DNA of 49,909 nucleotides, filler included, from Actinomycetota bacterium (GCA_046725875.1; 2 parts of 2 records of this genome joined end to end with filler, not necessarily neighbours in it), one strand, 5' to 3'; counted from the first letter of the whole stretch, positions 1-11,189 are shown. Numbers and translations: made by a program. Notes: a model not told the origin generated them from the sequence alone.

Positions 1-163
1 CCCAATGGCAGCGGCCAGCTCACCACGATGCGAACGCCGCACAACCTGATCCGGTTCGTCCGCTGCACACTCATCCGAGATGACATTCGGCCCTGGGCGG
101 CTGCCGAAGTGAGGGTATATCGCTGAGTGAGTACGGCTGCGGCGAACCGACCGGAGGTGGGTC

Positions 164-1348
164 GTGCGGGCGACGCTGAGTCTCGGACGCATCGCGGGGG
201 TCCAGGTCGGGATCAACTGGAGCGCCCTGGCGATCGTGGTGCTGATCGTTGTCGGGCTGGCGACCGATCAGCTGCCCAACGAGTATCCGGGCCGCAGTAC
301 GCTCGAGTACGTGGCGGCGGCGTTGGTCACTGCCGTCCTATTCCTCGCCTCGCTGCTGGCGCACGAGCTCGCGCACGCGATCGTTGCCCGCCGCAATGGT
401 GTCGAGGTCCAGAGCATCGTGCTCTGGCTGCTCGGCGGCGTCGCCCAGCTTGAAGGCGAGCCGCGCACGCCGGGCGCCGACTTCCGCATCGCGGTAGTCG
501 GCCCGCTCACCAGCCTGGCGGTGGGCGTGGTCTTTGGCGGGATCGGCGCCATCGTGGCAGCGCTCGGCGGGGGTGGGCTGGTCGTCGGCGTGCTCGCCTA
601 CCTGGCCGGCACCAACATCCTGCTTGCCGTCTTCAACCTGATACCAGCTGCGCCCCTGGATGGTGGTCGGGTGCTGCGGGCGGCTTTGTGGCGGCGGAGC
701 GGCAACCGTGAGGCCGCTGCGATAACCGCGGCCAGGGCTGGCCGCTTCGTCGGCTTCGCGATGGTCGGGCTTGGACTGCTGCAGACCCTCCTCACCGGCA
801 CGTTCAGCGGGATCTGGCTTGCCCTGATCGGGTGGTTCCTGATCAGCGCGGCGACCGCGGAGGAACAGCAGGCCCGAATGGGAAGCCGGCTGTCCGGCGT
901 GCGGGTCGCCGACGTGATGACCACGGACCCGGTTGTGGCGGACAGCACGATGACACTGGCCGAGTTCGTCGACAGGCTGGCGATGAGCCACCAGTTCTCC
1001 TCGTATCCACTCGTCGACGGCGGTGGCCGACTGACCGGGCTCGTGACGCTGAACCGGGTGCGGGCCGTCCCCGCCGGCCGCCGGTCAGGCACCCGATTGC
1101 AGGACATCGCGTGCCCGCCCGAAGGCGTGCCCACAGCTCGCCCCGACGAGCCGCTGACGGCGCTGTTGCCGCGAATGCGAGACTGCGCGGACGGCAGGGC
1201 CGTGGTGCTCGATGACCACGGAAGAGTGATCGGCATCCTCTCGTCAACGGACATCAGCCGCGCCCTCCAGCTGGCGGACCTGCGCTCGTTCCACGCGTAC
1301 CCGCCACCACGCGGAGCCGACCTCACCACGGTCCACCCGGATCAATGA
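164..1348 (+). CDS. Site-2 (M50) zinc metalloprotease with C-terminal CBS pair (Rip3-like)
   Basis: HELAH zinc motif, NLIPAAPLDGG motif, several TM segments, CBS-like C-terminus (VADVMTTDPV); GGAGG upstream of GTG. Confidence 0.92.
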   Translation: MRATLSLGRIAGVQVGINWSALAIVVLIVVGLATDQLPNEYPGRSTLEYVAAALVTAVLFLASLLAHELAHAIVARRNGVEVQSIVLWLLGGVAQLEGEPRTPGADFRIAVVGPLTSLAVGVVFGGIGAIVAALGGGGLVVGVLAYLAGTNILLAVFNLIPAAPLDGGRVLRAALWRRSGNREAAAITAARAGRFVGFAMVGLGLLQTLLTGTFSGIWLALIGWFLISAATAEEQQARMGSRLSGVRVADVMTTDPVVADSTMTLAEFVDRLAMSHQFSSYPLVDGGGRLTGLVTLNRVRAVPAGRRSGTRLQDIACPPEGVPTARPDEPLTALLPRMRDCADGRAVVLDDHGRVIGILSSTDISRALQLADLRSFHAYPPPRGADLTTVHPDQ

Positions 1349-1361
1349 GAACCCGCAGGCG

Positions 1362-1868
1362 CTAGCGACGGCGGCCGCCGGACCCAAGCTCGTTCCGCCG
1401 GTCCCGCCAGCGCTTGAGGAGATCGGGCATCTCCTCCCGCATGAACTCGAAGAACTGGCGTGTCTCCGTTAGCCGTTCGCCCACGGACGAATCGGCTCCG
1501 ACAACGGCAATGCCTTCGTCGAGGGCCTTGATCCAGCGGCCGAGGATCTGATCACGCTGCGCCAACGACTCGTACCAGGGATCCGCAGCCAGCCCATAGT
1601 GATCGCGGCGCTCGCCCGGGTCCCGGCCACGCTCGATCATGTGCACCTGAGTGAGGTACCGGACCGCGCCCGAGATGGCTGGCGGGCTGACCCGCAGACG
1701 AGATGCGAGCTCGCTGGCTGTGAGCTTGCCATGCTCGGCGACGAGCAGCGCCGCAAAGACCCGGGCGGGCATGCGCGGCAGACCAGCCTCGACCAACGTG
1801 AGGGCGAACCGCTCGACGAAGCGGTCGACCTCGGTGTGATCATTCCCGCTGCTCACCTCGGCTGCCAT
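1362..1868 (-). CDS. GbsR/MarR-family transcriptional regulator
   Basis: GLPRMPARVFAALL..LTASELASRLRVSPPAISGAVRYL wHTH; divergent from ABC exporter. Confidence 0.9.
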   Translation of the reverse strand: MAAEVSSGNDHTEVDRFVERFALTLVEAGLPRMPARVFAALLVAEHGKLTASELASRLRVSPPAISGAVRYLTQVHMIERGRDPGERRDHYGLAADPWYESLAQRDQILGRWIKALDEGIAVVGADSSVGERLTETRQFFEFMREEMPDLLKRWRDRRNELGSGGRRR

Positions 1869-1913
1869 GTCGATACCGCCTCAGACGTCCATCGCATTGA
1901 CAGATTCTTTACG

Positions 1914-1943
1914 TTCACAACTTCATGAAGCTATTTATATTCT
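1914..1943 (+). promoter_or_regulatory. Probable operator (TTCA-N8-TGAA) and leaderless promoter of ABC operon
   Basis: TTCACAACTTCATGAA at 1914-1929 in AT-rich divergent spacer; -10-like TATTCT 1938-1943, 6 nt before ATG 1950. Confidence 0.55.
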
Positions 1944-1949
1944 GTGATT

Positions 1950-2876
1950 ATGACGACCGCAATCACCGCATCCCAGCTGGTCAAGACGTTCGGCCAGACC
2001 CGTGCCCTCGACGGACTGGAGCTGTCCGTCGAAGCCGGGGAGGTGCACGGGTTCCTTGGGCCGAACGGGTCTGGCAAGACCACGACGATCCGTGTCCTGC
2101 TTGGGTTGCTCCGCGCCGACTCGGGCACGTCTTCCGTACTCGGCAGGGATCCATGGCGGGACGCGGTAGAGCTGCACCGCCGCCTCGCGTACGTGCCCGG
2201 CGACGTCAGCTTGTGGCCGAACCTGTCCGGTGGTGAGATCATCGACCTGCTCGGCGACCTCCGCGGCGGAATCGACCCCAAGCGTCGCGATGAGCTGCTC
2301 GAGCGGTTCGATCTCGACCCGACGAAGAAGGGCCGCACATACTCGAAGGGCAACCGGCAGAAGGTCGCCCTCGTCGCCGCTCTCGCCTCCGACGTCGAGC
2401 TCTTCGTCCTCGACGAGCCGACCTCCGGCCTCGACCCGCTCATGGAGGCGGTGTTCCGGGATTATGTCCGGGAGGTCAAGCAGGCAGGCAAGACCGTCCT
2501 GCTGTCGAGCCACATCCTTGCCGAGGTGGAGGCGCTCTGCGATCGCGTAAGCATCATCCGACTGGGCCGTACGGTCGAGTCCGGCACGCTGGCCGAGTTG
2601 CGCCACCTCACCCGTACGTCCATAACGGTCGACACGGCCCGCCCGCTGGACGGCCTAGACCAGCTCGCGGGCGTACACAATCTGCTGGTGGACGACACCC
2701 ACGCCGTCTTCGATGTCGACAGTGATGCGCTCGGGAAGGTCCTCGAGTACCTCACCCCGCTCGGTGTACGCGCGTTGACCAGCACGCCGCCGACGCTCGA
2801 GGAGCTGTTCCTCAGGCACTACGGCGACGAGCTCGAGGTCGAGCGTGAGAATCATGAGAAGGCGCTGCTGCGATGA
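1950..2876 (+). CDS. ABC exporter ATP-binding subunit (antibiotic/ionophore resistance type)
   Basis: Walker A GPNGSGKT, signature YSKGNRQK, Walker [15 protein letters not shown]. Confidence 0.95.
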   Translation: MTTAITASQLVKTFGQTRALDGLELSVEAGEVHGFLGPNGSGKTTTIRVLLGLLRADSGTSSVLGRDPWRDAVELHRRLAYVPGDVSLWPNLSGGEIIDLLGDLRGGIDPKRRDELLERFDLDPTKKGRTYSKGNRQKVALVAALASDVELFVLDEPTSGLDPLMEAVFRDYVREVKQAGKTVLLSSHILAEVEALCDRVSIIRLGRTVESGTLAELRHLTRTSITVDTARPLDGLDQLAGVHNLLVDDTHAVFDVDSDALGKVLEYLTPLGVRALTSTPPTLEELFLRHYGDELEVERENHEKALLR

Positions 2877-4501
2877 GTGGGTTCACGGGTACCGGGCGGC
2901 TGGTACGGCTAGCGTTGCGGCGCGACCGAGTACAGCTGCCCGTCTGGATTGTCGGGCTGACTCTCCTGTGCGCGTCGTTCGTCCCGAGCGTCGTCGGGCT
3001 CTACCCGACCGTGCGGGAACGGATCGACTTCGCTGTCTCGTCGGCCAACAGCCCGGTCACGCTCATGACCAACGGGCTGGTCTCTGGCGCCAGCATCGGT
3101 GCCATCGTGGCTGCCCAAGGTCTGCTGATCCTCGCCGTGGCGGCAGCCTTCATGTCTACGTTCGCGGTGGTCCGGCACACCCGGCAGAACGAAGAGACCG
3201 GGCGGGCCGAGCTCGTCGGTTCCGGCGTCGTCGGCCGTTACGCCAGCCTCAGCGCGGCCCTCATCGTAGTCGTCGCCGCCAACGTCGTGCTCGGTGTGCT
3301 CATCGCGCTCGTGCTGACCGGCAACGACCTGCCCGCGCGCGGGTCGTTCGCGATGGGCCTGGCAGTCGCGGCAACCGGTATCGCCTTCGCTGCGATCGCC
3401 GCCGTCCTCGCTCAGGTCTTCCAGAGTGCCCGGGCAACCAACGGGATGGCGGCCGCCGCGATCGGGGTTGCCTTCGTGCTGCGCGCGATCGGCGACGCGA
3501 CCGGACAGGTCACCGACGGTGGCATCCGCGTCGTTAGCTCGTGGCCGTCCTGGCTGTCCCCGATCGGCTGGGCAGAGCAGGTGCGCCCGTACGACTACGA
3601 CAGCTTCTGGATCCTCGCGATCTTCGCGCTGGCGTTCGTAATCCTTGTCGGGCTTGCCTTCGAGCTGACCCAGCACCGCGACGTCGGCGCCGGGATGCGA
3701 GCAGCCCGTCCCGGTCCTGCGCAAGCACCCGCAAGCCTGCTCAGCCCGCTCGGGCTGGCCTGGCGGCTCCAGCGAGGGAGTCTGCTGGGATGGGCCGTGG
3801 GAATGGCCCTGCTCGGAGCCTCCTATGGCGGGGTTGGCGACGAGATCAAAGACTTCGCGTCAGACAGCCGGGCAACCGAGCAGTTTCTCGAGGACTTCGG
3901 CAGCGCCGGGGCGAGCCCGACGGACAACTACTTCGCGGCGATATTCGCGATGCTGGGGATCATCGCGGCCGGTTACACCGTCCAGGCACTGCTGCGGATG
4001 CGGTCTGAGGAGGCCGGGGGTGAGCTCGAATCGGTGCTCGCGACCGCGGTCAGCCGGCCGCGCTGGATGGCCAGCCACATCGCCGTCGCGGTTCTTGGCA
4101 CGGTAATCATCCTGATGCTGGCCGGGGTCGGCGCCGGGCTGACCTATGGGGTCATCATCGGTGACGTCGGCCACCAGATCGCGAGTCTGACTGGCGCGGC
4201 GCTTGTGCAGGTGCCGGCGGCGCTTGCGCTCGCCGGCTTCGTGGTGGCGGCGTTCGGAGTGGTCCCACGGCGCGCGGTCGCGCTTTCCTGGACCGGGTTC
4301 GCGTTTTGCTTGGTGATCAGTTGGCTCGGCCCGGTCCTCGGCCTCTCGCAGGCGGCACAGGACCTGTCGCCGTTTTCACACCTGCCGACCGTGCCGGTCG
4401 ACAATGTGACGGCGCTCCCGCTCCTCGCGCTTGTGGGCGTCGCCTTGGCTCTCGCGGCGCTCGGCGGTGCCGCCTTCCGCCGTCGTGACCTCGCCGTGTA
4501 G
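2873..4501 (+). CDS. ABC-2 type exporter permease (duplicated TM domain)
   Basis: ATGA overlap with ATPase; many TM segments; [15 protein letters not shown] and AFRRRDL motifs. Confidence 0.92.
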   Translation: MSGFTGTGRLVRLALRRDRVQLPVWIVGLTLLCASFVPSVVGLYPTVRERIDFAVSSANSPVTLMTNGLVSGASIGAIVAAQGLLILAVAAAFMSTFAVVRHTRQNEETGRAELVGSGVVGRYASLSAALIVVVAANVVLGVLIALVLTGNDLPARGSFAMGLAVAATGIAFAAIAAVLAQVFQSARATNGMAAAAIGVAFVLRAIGDATGQVTDGGIRVVSSWPSWLSPIGWAEQVRPYDYDSFWILAIFALAFVILVGLAFELTQHRDVGAGMRAARPGPAQAPASLLSPLGLAWRLQRGSLLGWAVGMALLGASYGGVGDEIKDFASDSRATEQFLEDFGSAGASPTDNYFAAIFAMLGIIAAGYTVQALLRMRSEEAGGELESVLATAVSRPRWMASHIAVAVLGTVIILMLAGVGAGLTYGVIIGDVGHQIASLTGAALVQVPAALALAGFVVAAFGVVPRRAVALSWTGFAFCLVISWLGPVLGLSQAAQDLSPFSHLPTVPVDNVTALPLLALVGVALALAALGGAAFRRRDLAV

Positions 4502-4513
4502 GCGGCCGGGATG

Positions 4514-4543
4514 CTGGGATCCGGCGGTCCCGCCGGATCCCAG
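4514..4543. terminator. Bidirectional terminator hairpin
   Basis: CTGGGATCCGGCG-gtcc-CGCCGGATCCCAG perfect 13-bp stem between convergent genes. Confidence 0.75.
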
Positions 4544-4564
4544 AGTCCCGTTCCCGCTGGGCGA

Positions 4565-6883
4565 CTATCCGGATACTGTGAACGATCTCGTCAGCTTCGC
4601 GTTGGAGCTGTTGCCGACGTAGACGTCGATCTGGCCGGGTTCGACCAGGAACCGCCCCGAGTCGTCGTAAAAGCCGACGTCGCTCTTGTCGAGGGTGAAC
4701 GACACGGTCTTGGTCTCACCGGGTGCCAGCGTTACTCGCTGGAAGTCGCGCAGCCTTCGAACCGGCTGTGAGATGCTCGCCACCGGATCGTGGATATAGA
4801 GCTGCACGACCTCGTCCCCGATGCGGTCACCAGTGTTCGTCACGTCCACCGTGGCCGTGATGCTGCCATCGACCGGCATGGAAGTCGAGCTGAGCCGGAG
4901 GTTCGAGATCTCGAGCGTTGTATAGCTCAACCCGAAGCCGAACGAGTACAGCGGGTCGCACGTCGCAAGGTCGCGGTAGCGCGAGTTCCACTTGAAGGTT
5001 GGGTCGCACGGACGGCCGGTCGGCTCGTGGTTGTAGTAGATCGGAACCTGTCCGACAACGTGCGGGAACGTGACGGGTAGCTTGCCGCCCGGGTTTACCT
5101 TGCCGAACAGGACGTCGGCCACCGCATTGCCGGCTTGGACGCCAGGGAACCACGCCTCAAGGATCGCCGGCGTGCTCGCGGCCACCTTGTCCAGAGTTAG
5201 CGGACGGCCGTTGATCAGGACGACGACGAACGGCTTGCCGGTGGCCTTGATGCGGTCGATGAGTTCCTGCTGCTTGCCCGGGAGGTCGATGTTCACCCTT
5301 GACTCGGCCTCGCCGCTTCCCCCGCGGGTCTCACCGAGCGCGAGCACCACCTGGTCGGCCGCCTGTGCCGTCGCGACTGCTTCGTCAAAGCCGGCATCGG
5401 AGCCGCACTCGTCGTCGGGGAGGACCGGCGGGTCCCGGTCAACGATCTTGCATCCCTCGGCGAACGTGGTGTTCGGGTTCTGGGCCTTAATGCCCTCATA
5501 GATCGTGACCGCATCTTGGTCTCGGCCGACTCCCCACCACGGGCCGAGCATGTCGTGCCGGTTATTTCCCATGGGGCCGATCACAGCGACCGACTTGTTC
5601 GGATCGAGGGGGAGCGTTCCGCCCGCGTTCTTGAGCAACACCATGGACCGGCTCGCGGCCCAGCGTGCGGCGGCCACCGCGTCGGGGAGCAGCTGCTTCG
5701 ACTCCGCCTGCTGCCAGTCCACGTATGGGTGCTCGAATAGCCCGGCCCGGAACTTCACCCGGAGGATGCGCCGCACGGCATCGTCGATGCGCACCATCGT
5801 GATCTTGCCCTGGGCAAGCAGCTGCTTGGCGAAGTCGACGAAGTTGGTGCTTACCATCTCCATGTCGGTGCCGGCATTCAGTGCGAGCTCGGCCGCCTGC
5901 GGCCCGTCGGCCGCGACTCCGTGACCGCATGGGCCGCTGTCGGGGTTGACGGGGGGACAAGCGCGTAGCTCCGCCACTGCCGTGTAGTCGCTCTCGATGA
6001 AGCCGTCGAAGCCCCACCTGCCCTTCAGAATGTCGGTCTCCGTCAGGTGGTTTGCGCAGCCGGGGACGCCGTTGATCGCGTTGAACGAGCACATGACGGT
6101 GTCTGCGCCGGCATCGACCGCAGCCTTGAACGGCGGCAGGTAGTAGTTCCAGAGCCGCTGCCCGGACATGTCCGTCGTGTTGTAGTCACGTCCGCCCTCC
6201 GGCTGGCCGTACGCCGCGAAGTGCTTGGGGCTGGTCACGACCTTGTCGGACGCGCTGTAGTCGTCGCCCTGGGCAGCGTGCACCCGCGCAGCGGACATGA
6301 CGGAACCGAGGTAAGGATCTTCGCCGCCACCCTCGGCGATCCGGCCCCAGCGGGGCTCATGCGACACGTCGACCATCGGGCTGTAGATCTGCTTGATACC
6401 GGTCGCGGCGGTCTCCCGCGCCCCAAATCGGGCATCGTCGCTCGCCACCGCGGGATCGAAGCTGGCCGCCTCGCCAAGCGGTATCGGGAACACGGTCCGG
6501 AAGCCGTGGATTGTGTCGAACGCGAACAACAGCGGAATGTGCAGGCGCGTCTCCTCCACCGCGATGCGCTGCAGATGGTTGATCCGCTCCGGGTCGGTCA
6601 GACTGAAGACGGCGCCAACCCCTTTGCGCACCTCGTCGTCGGTGGCCTGCCAGTCCGCGAGCAGCTGAAGCTGCTGCAGCTTTTCGTCGACAGTCATCTT
6701 CTTGAGCAAGGCGTTGACCCGGTTTTCGATTGACTGACTCCCGGGTCCTTGCGCGAGTTGCGCGGTCTGCCCGGCGGCCAGTCCTCCTGCGGCGACAAGT
6801 GTGCTGAGCCCGAGAACCAGGACACCGAAGGTTGCCGTCCGCGCGCGCACGGCCCCTCGCGCAAAACGACCGAGTCGTCTCAT
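4565..6883 (-). CDS. bglX: Secreted GH3 beta-glucosidase (BglX-like)
   Basis: DTIHG, KHFAAYG, ESDY nucleophile region, C-terminal Fn3-like domain; signal peptide; GGAGGAG before ATG 6883. Confidence 0.92.
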   Translation of the reverse strand: MRRLGRFARGAVRARTATFGVLVLGLSTLVAAGGLAAGQTAQLAQGPGSQSIENRVNALLKKMTVDEKLQQLQLLADWQATDDEVRKGVGAVFSLTDPERINHLQRIAVEETRLHIPLLFAFDTIHGFRTVFPIPLGEAASFDPAVASDDARFGARETAATGIKQIYSPMVDVSHEPRWGRIAEGGGEDPYLGSVMSAARVHAAQGDDYSASDKVVTSPKHFAAYGQPEGGRDYNTTDMSGQRLWNYYLPPFKAAVDAGADTVMCSFNAINGVPGCANHLTETDILKGRWGFDGFIESDYTAVAELRACPPVNPDSGPCGHGVAADGPQAAELALNAGTDMEMVSTNFVDFAKQLLAQGKITMVRIDDAVRRILRVKFRAGLFEHPYVDWQQAESKQLLPDAVAAARWAASRSMVLLKNAGGTLPLDPNKSVAVIGPMGNNRHDMLGPWWGVGRDQDAVTIYEGIKAQNPNTTFAEGCKIVDRDPPVLPDDECGSDAGFDEAVATAQAADQVVLALGETRGGSGEAESRVNIDLPGKQQELIDRIKATGKPFVVVLINGRPLTLDKVAASTPAILEAWFPGVQAGNAVADVLFGKVNPGGKLPVTFPHVVGQVPIYYNHEPTGRPCDPTFKWNSRYRDLATCDPLYSFGFGLSYTTLEISNLRLSSTSMPVDGSITATVDVTNTGDRIGDEVVQLYIHDPVASISQPVRRLRDFQRVTLAPGETKTVSFTLDKSDVGFYDDSGRFLVEPGQIDVYVGNSSNAKLTRSFTVSG

Positions 6884-7339
6884 CCGTACTCCTCCTTCCG
6901 GGATCGACGGGTTCGCCGATTGCGAAGCCCTCACAGCCTCTATGGCCCTGGTCGGGGACTCCGTTGCGGATTAGCCGGGTTGGGCACGGCGAGGACGACG
7001 ACCGCGACAGGTATCTGCGCATGACGATCTGGATGCGCCGACCTGGATGCGCCGACAGATGAGCCGCGGTCATGGCCACGCTTCGCCGGACATTGCGCAC
7101 CGGCAGCACGACCGGTAATTCGCTCTGCCTCGGGGACACGAAGGCCATCTCCTCGGCAATCGGCTACCTGACTAATCTCCTCCGCTCCAGCCCGTTGTCA
7201 ACGGGCCTGCCTCCTCCACCGCGCCGCACGGGGCGGAGTACGACCCCCCGGAAATGGGACGCGGGTCGAGACGTCCAGTTCGGACAGGTGGTACGGATTC
7301 CGGACAGAAGTTGTCGGACATCGGGACTACGGTGGCGCC

Positions 7340-7924
7340 ATGACCGACAGCGACACCCCATGGGAACCCCCTATCGCCGGCACTGAGGCCCAGCACTTGG
7401 TCGGTGCGCTCGACCGTCTGCGCGCGACCTTCCGCTGGAAGGCTGACGACCTCGACGCGGACGGGCTGCGGGCGCGCGCCGCCGCCTCCTCGCTGACCCT
7501 CGGCGGACTGCTCAAGCATCTCGCTCTCGTCGAGGACTACTACTTCAGCACCAAGCTGAGTGGTGAGCCGCTCGGCCCGCTTTGGGACGCCGCCGACTGG
7601 GAGAGCGATAGCGATTGGGAGTTCAGCTCCGCCGCGAACGACGCGCCCGAACAGCTCTACGCGCTATGGGACGGGGCGGTGGAACGGTCCGGGGCGAGGC
7701 TGGACGCGGCCCTGGCCGACGGCGGACTCGACCAGCTCGTCCATATGTCCGCGCCCGACGGCCGCCATGCCAGCCTACGCAGGCTCCTCTGCGACCTGAT
7801 CGAGGAGTACGGCCGGCACACGGGCCACGCCGACTTGATCCGTGAGGCGGTGGATGGCCGGGTGGGTGAGGACCCTCCGGCCGGTTGGGAAGCGAAGAGC
7901 GGGCGATCAAGCCTGAGCACGTAG
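7340..7924 (+). CDS. DinB/DUF664-family protein
   Basis: LTLGGLLKHLALVED and IEEYGRHTGHADLIRE motifs. Confidence 0.9.
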   Translation: MTDSDTPWEPPIAGTEAQHLVGALDRLRATFRWKADDLDADGLRARAAASSLTLGGLLKHLALVEDYYFSTKLSGEPLGPLWDAADWESDSDWEFSSAANDAPEQLYALWDGAVERSGARLDAALADGGLDQLVHMSAPDGRHASLRRLLCDLIEEYGRHTGHADLIREAVDGRVGEDPPAGWEAKSGRSSLST

Positions 7925-8038
7925 CCGGCGTATCTCTCCGGCATCGACAGTATTTGCCGCGCCGGCGATGCCTGCACTGGCTGCGAGAATTCCCTTAAGG
8001 ACGTCAACAGAGGTGGCGAGCCGAAGGGAGCGACTGTC

Positions 8039-8863
8039 ATGTCCGATGTGGGATGGCCGCAGAATCGCCGGATCACGGTCCACGATCTGCAGGCGGCGAC
8101 CGACCGCGGCGAGCGGTGGACGATGCTGACCGCCTACGACACGTTGACTGCAGCGGTGTTCGAGCAGGTCGGCGTGCGCGCGCTGCTCGTGGGCGATACC
8201 GCCGGGATGGTGGTGCTGGGCTATGACGGCACCGTTCCGGTCACGCAGGAGCAGCTGTTGCCACTGGTGCAGGCGGTGGTCCGCGGCACGGAGCGTGCGC
8301 TCGTCGTCGCGGATCTGCCCTTCGGCAGCTACGAGAGCGGGCCCCAGGCCGCGCTCGCCTCGGCGGCGCGCTTTTTGAAGGAGGGTGGCGCCCAGGCCGT
8401 CAAGCTCGAGGGGGGACGGCGGGTGCTGCCGCAGGTGCGGGCGATCGTCGACTCTGGTGTCCCACTTATGGGCCACCTGGGACTGACGCCGCAAAGTGTC
8501 AACACACTGGGTGGGCTGCGCCGGGTTCAGGGCCGCGGCGCCGCGGGGGATCGGCTACTGGATGACGCGCTCGCCCTTGAGGCCGCCGGCGCATTCGCGA
8601 TCGTCCTCGAGGCAGTCCCGGCTGACCTTGGCGCACGGGTGGCCGACGCGTTGCAGGTTCCGGTCGTAGGAATCGGCGCCGGCGCCGGCGTCGATGCTCA
8701 AATCATGGTTTGGCAGGACATGGCTGGACTAACCCCTGGCCGGCTGCCCCGGTTCGTGAAGAGGTACGCCGATCTACGCGGGGAGCTGGCCCGGGCGGCG
8801 GGGGAGTACGTCTCGGACGTAGCGGCCGGTCGGTACCCAAGCGGCGAGCACAGCTACGCGTGA
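8039..8863 (+). CDS. panB: 3-methyl-2-oxobutanoate hydroxymethyltransferase
   Basis: MLTAYD, LLVGDTAG, ADLPFGSY, AVKLEGG, GHLGLTPQS, GIGAG. Confidence 0.96.
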   Translation: MSDVGWPQNRRITVHDLQAATDRGERWTMLTAYDTLTAAVFEQVGVRALLVGDTAGMVVLGYDGTVPVTQEQLLPLVQAVVRGTERALVVADLPFGSYESGPQAALASAARFLKEGGAQAVKLEGGRRVLPQVRAIVDSGVPLMGHLGLTPQSVNTLGGLRRVQGRGAAGDRLLDDALALEAAGAFAIVLEAVPADLGARVADALQVPVVGIGAGAGVDAQIMVWQDMAGLTPGRLPRFVKRYADLRGELARAAGEYVSDVAAGRYPSGEHSYA

Positions 8864-9047
8864 CCAGCCGCGGCCGCGGCCACACCCCGCCACCAGAGAA
8901 GTCAGCAGACGTCGATGGCTGCTTCGCCCATGCATCGGCCAGCGAACGCTGACCGACGGCAGGGCCAACGGACGAGTGAATCCACACCGCAGCTCCCGTC
9001 GGTACAACTGGTAGCCCTACAGCCACCCTGCCTGGAGGTAGCCAGCC

Positions 9048-9365
9048 ATGTCGGCAATCAGCGTGACGCCGCCGCGCGGTCTCTCCCTCGCGGCGATCAA
9101 CGGGCGGTACCACCGGGCCGCGCTCACCGTGTTCATGGTCGTCGTGTTGGCCCATTGGGCGGAGCATCTCGTCCAGGCCTACCAGGTCTGGGTGCTCCAC
9201 CGACCCCGGCCACAGGCGCGGGGGGTGCTCGGCCAGGTCTTTCCGTGGCTGGTGACCTCGGAGTGGCTGCACTACTGGTACGCGATCGTGATGCTGTTCG
9301 GTTTGGTCCTGCTTTGTCCGGGCTTCGCGGGTCGAGCCCGGACCTGGTGTACGTACGTGGCGTGA
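9048..9365 (+). pseudogene. Membrane protein, probably C-terminally truncated
   Basis: Good RBS, GC3-biased codons, AHWAEH and WLHY motifs; protein-like sequence ends abruptly after RARTW. Confidence 0.5.
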
Positions 9366-9844
9366 GCCGCCCGACTGCCGTCTGGCCGGCAGACCTCATC
9401 GATCGGCGGTCGGCCACGGTAGGAGACGCCGAGCAGGAATCCGTGAGCGCAGCCCAAGGACCGACGGACGGCCGTTTGTCGATGCGAATTGACTTCGACT
9501 CGTTATTGCAAACGCTTCGGTGCTTAAGCCTGAACGAAATGTTTGGGCCTAAGGGTCCTCAAGGAAATACCTTCGGCATATCGCCACACCCCAATTCCAT
9601 CATGAGCGCGGGTTCCAGCCTCATCTCCCCCCGGGAGGGAAGCCTCGTTGACGACGGAGGCGGGACCGCCAATGTGTGGCCGGCGGCTCCGCTGCCACCG
9701 GCCACGCCGACAAACCACATTTGGCCGAACCTGTGATTCAGCGATGACGTGAGCATCGGGCACGGCCCTCGAGTCGGTCGAGGTTAGTTGAGCTAGCCGG
9801 GAGGACGCGCTTACCGAAGGAAGGTGAACGGCCCGGCCAAGGAT

Positions 9845-10846
9845 ATGGGTAGCTACATCGTTCGCAGACTGCTTGGGGCGTTGCTCGTCCTGTTGGTCGT
9901 TAGCGTGCTGACCTTCGGGATCTTCATGTGGGTCCCGGTCCTGACCGGCGCTGACTACACGTATTTGTATGCGGGACGCCATCCGTCGCCGGCACAGGTT
10001 GAGGCGATCAGGGAGAAGCTCGGCTTCGACAAGCCGATTCCGGAGCAATATCTGCTCTATATGAAGGGCATCTTCAGCGGAAGGGACTTCTCCAGCGGCA
10101 ACACGGAAGTGCATTGTCCGGCCCCTTGTTTGGGTTACTCCTTCCTTAGGCACAACAACGTGTCGACCCTGATCGCGGAGAAGTTCCCGATCACGCTCTC
10201 ACTCGCCGGCGGGGCGGCCATCTTGTGGCTGGTCTTCGGCGTGTGCGTGGGAGTGCTATCTGCCATCAAACGGGGAAGCCTGCTCGACAGGGCTAGCATG
10301 GGGCTCGCGCTGGCGGGGGTGTCCCTGCCCATCTTCTTTACCGGCAACGTGCTGTTGCTGATCTTCAGCTATAAGCTCGGCTGGTTCCCGAACGTGCACT
10401 ACGTGCCGCTCACGGAGAACCCCTATGAATGGGCGAGGAACCTGTTCTTGCCCTGGGTGGCCCTCGTCACGATCTTCTCCGCGGGCTATGCACGGCTCAT
10501 GCGGGCGAACATGCTCGAAACCATGGGCGAGGACTACATCAGGACCGCCCGGGCGAAGGGCTTGCCGCGCCGAAAAGTGGTCGTCAAGCACGGGGTGCGG
10601 GCCGCGCTGACGCCGATCGTCACGATCTTCGGTCTCGACCTCGGCCTGCTCCTCGGTGGCGCGATCATTACGGAGACGGTGTTCAACATCCCGGGCGTCG
10701 GCCGGCTGTCCTTCGATGCGATAAGTGGGCGCGACCTTCCCGTCATCATGGGGACAACGATCTTCGCGGCGGTCTTCATCGTTGTCGCCAACATCATCGT
10801 CGACATCCTCTACAGCGTGGTGGATCCGCGCGTGAGGCTTCAATGA
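9845..10846 (+). CDS. Peptide ABC transporter permease (DppB/OppB-like)
   Basis: YIVRRLL start; EDYIRTARAKGL EAA loop; ITETVFNIPGVG; DPRVR end. Confidence 0.93.
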   Translation: MGSYIVRRLLGALLVLLVVSVLTFGIFMWVPVLTGADYTYLYAGRHPSPAQVEAIREKLGFDKPIPEQYLLYMKGIFSGRDFSSGNTEVHCPAPCLGYSFLRHNNVSTLIAEKFPITLSLAGGAAILWLVFGVCVGVLSAIKRGSLLDRASMGLALAGVSLPIFFTGNVLLLIFSYKLGWFPNVHYVPLTENPYEWARNLFLPWVALVTIFSAGYARLMRANMLETMGEDYIRTARAKGLPRRKVVVKHGVRAALTPIVTIFGLDLGLLLGGAIITETVFNIPGVGRLSFDAISGRDLPVIMGTTIFAAVFIVVANIIVDILYSVVDPRVRLQ

Positions 10847-10927
10847 CGCGTCCCACGAGATTTCCTCGCTGCGTTCGGTGACGCACGTGTCCTCGGCATT
10901 GAGTCCTCGTGAACCGAGGAGGAGACC

Positions 10928-11185
10928 TTGACCACCACTGGCCCGACTGCCGAGCCGGGTCCGGCGCCGCAGACGCCCGGAGGTGACGCGCTGCTGCGGG
11001 TGACGGATTTGAGGAAGCATTTCCCGATCACGCCCGACCATCCTGTGCCAGCGCAAGATCGGTGCGGTGAAGGCGGTGGACGGTGTGTCCTTCCAGGTGG
11101 CCGCGGGGAGACGCTCGGGCTGGTGGGTCAGTCGGGCTGTGGCAAGTCCACTACCGGTCGGGTGGTGGCCAAGCTGTTAATGCCG
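10928..11185 (+). pseudogene. Peptide ABC ATPase (DppF-like) N-terminal fragment with two frameshifts
   Basis: LLRVTDLRKHFPI / other frame RKIGAVKAVDGVSFQV / GETLGLVGQSGCGKSTTGR, then homology stops. Confidence 0.85.
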
Positions 11186-11189
11186 GACA

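Noticed and set aside
7029..7056. Tandem CTGGATGCGCCGAC x2
   Set aside because: Two copies only; consistent with a simple slippage duplication
7925..8038. Possible riboswitch or pan leader upstream of panB
   Set aside because: Only a short GGCATCG/CGATGCC stem; no motif I can recognise without an Rfam scan
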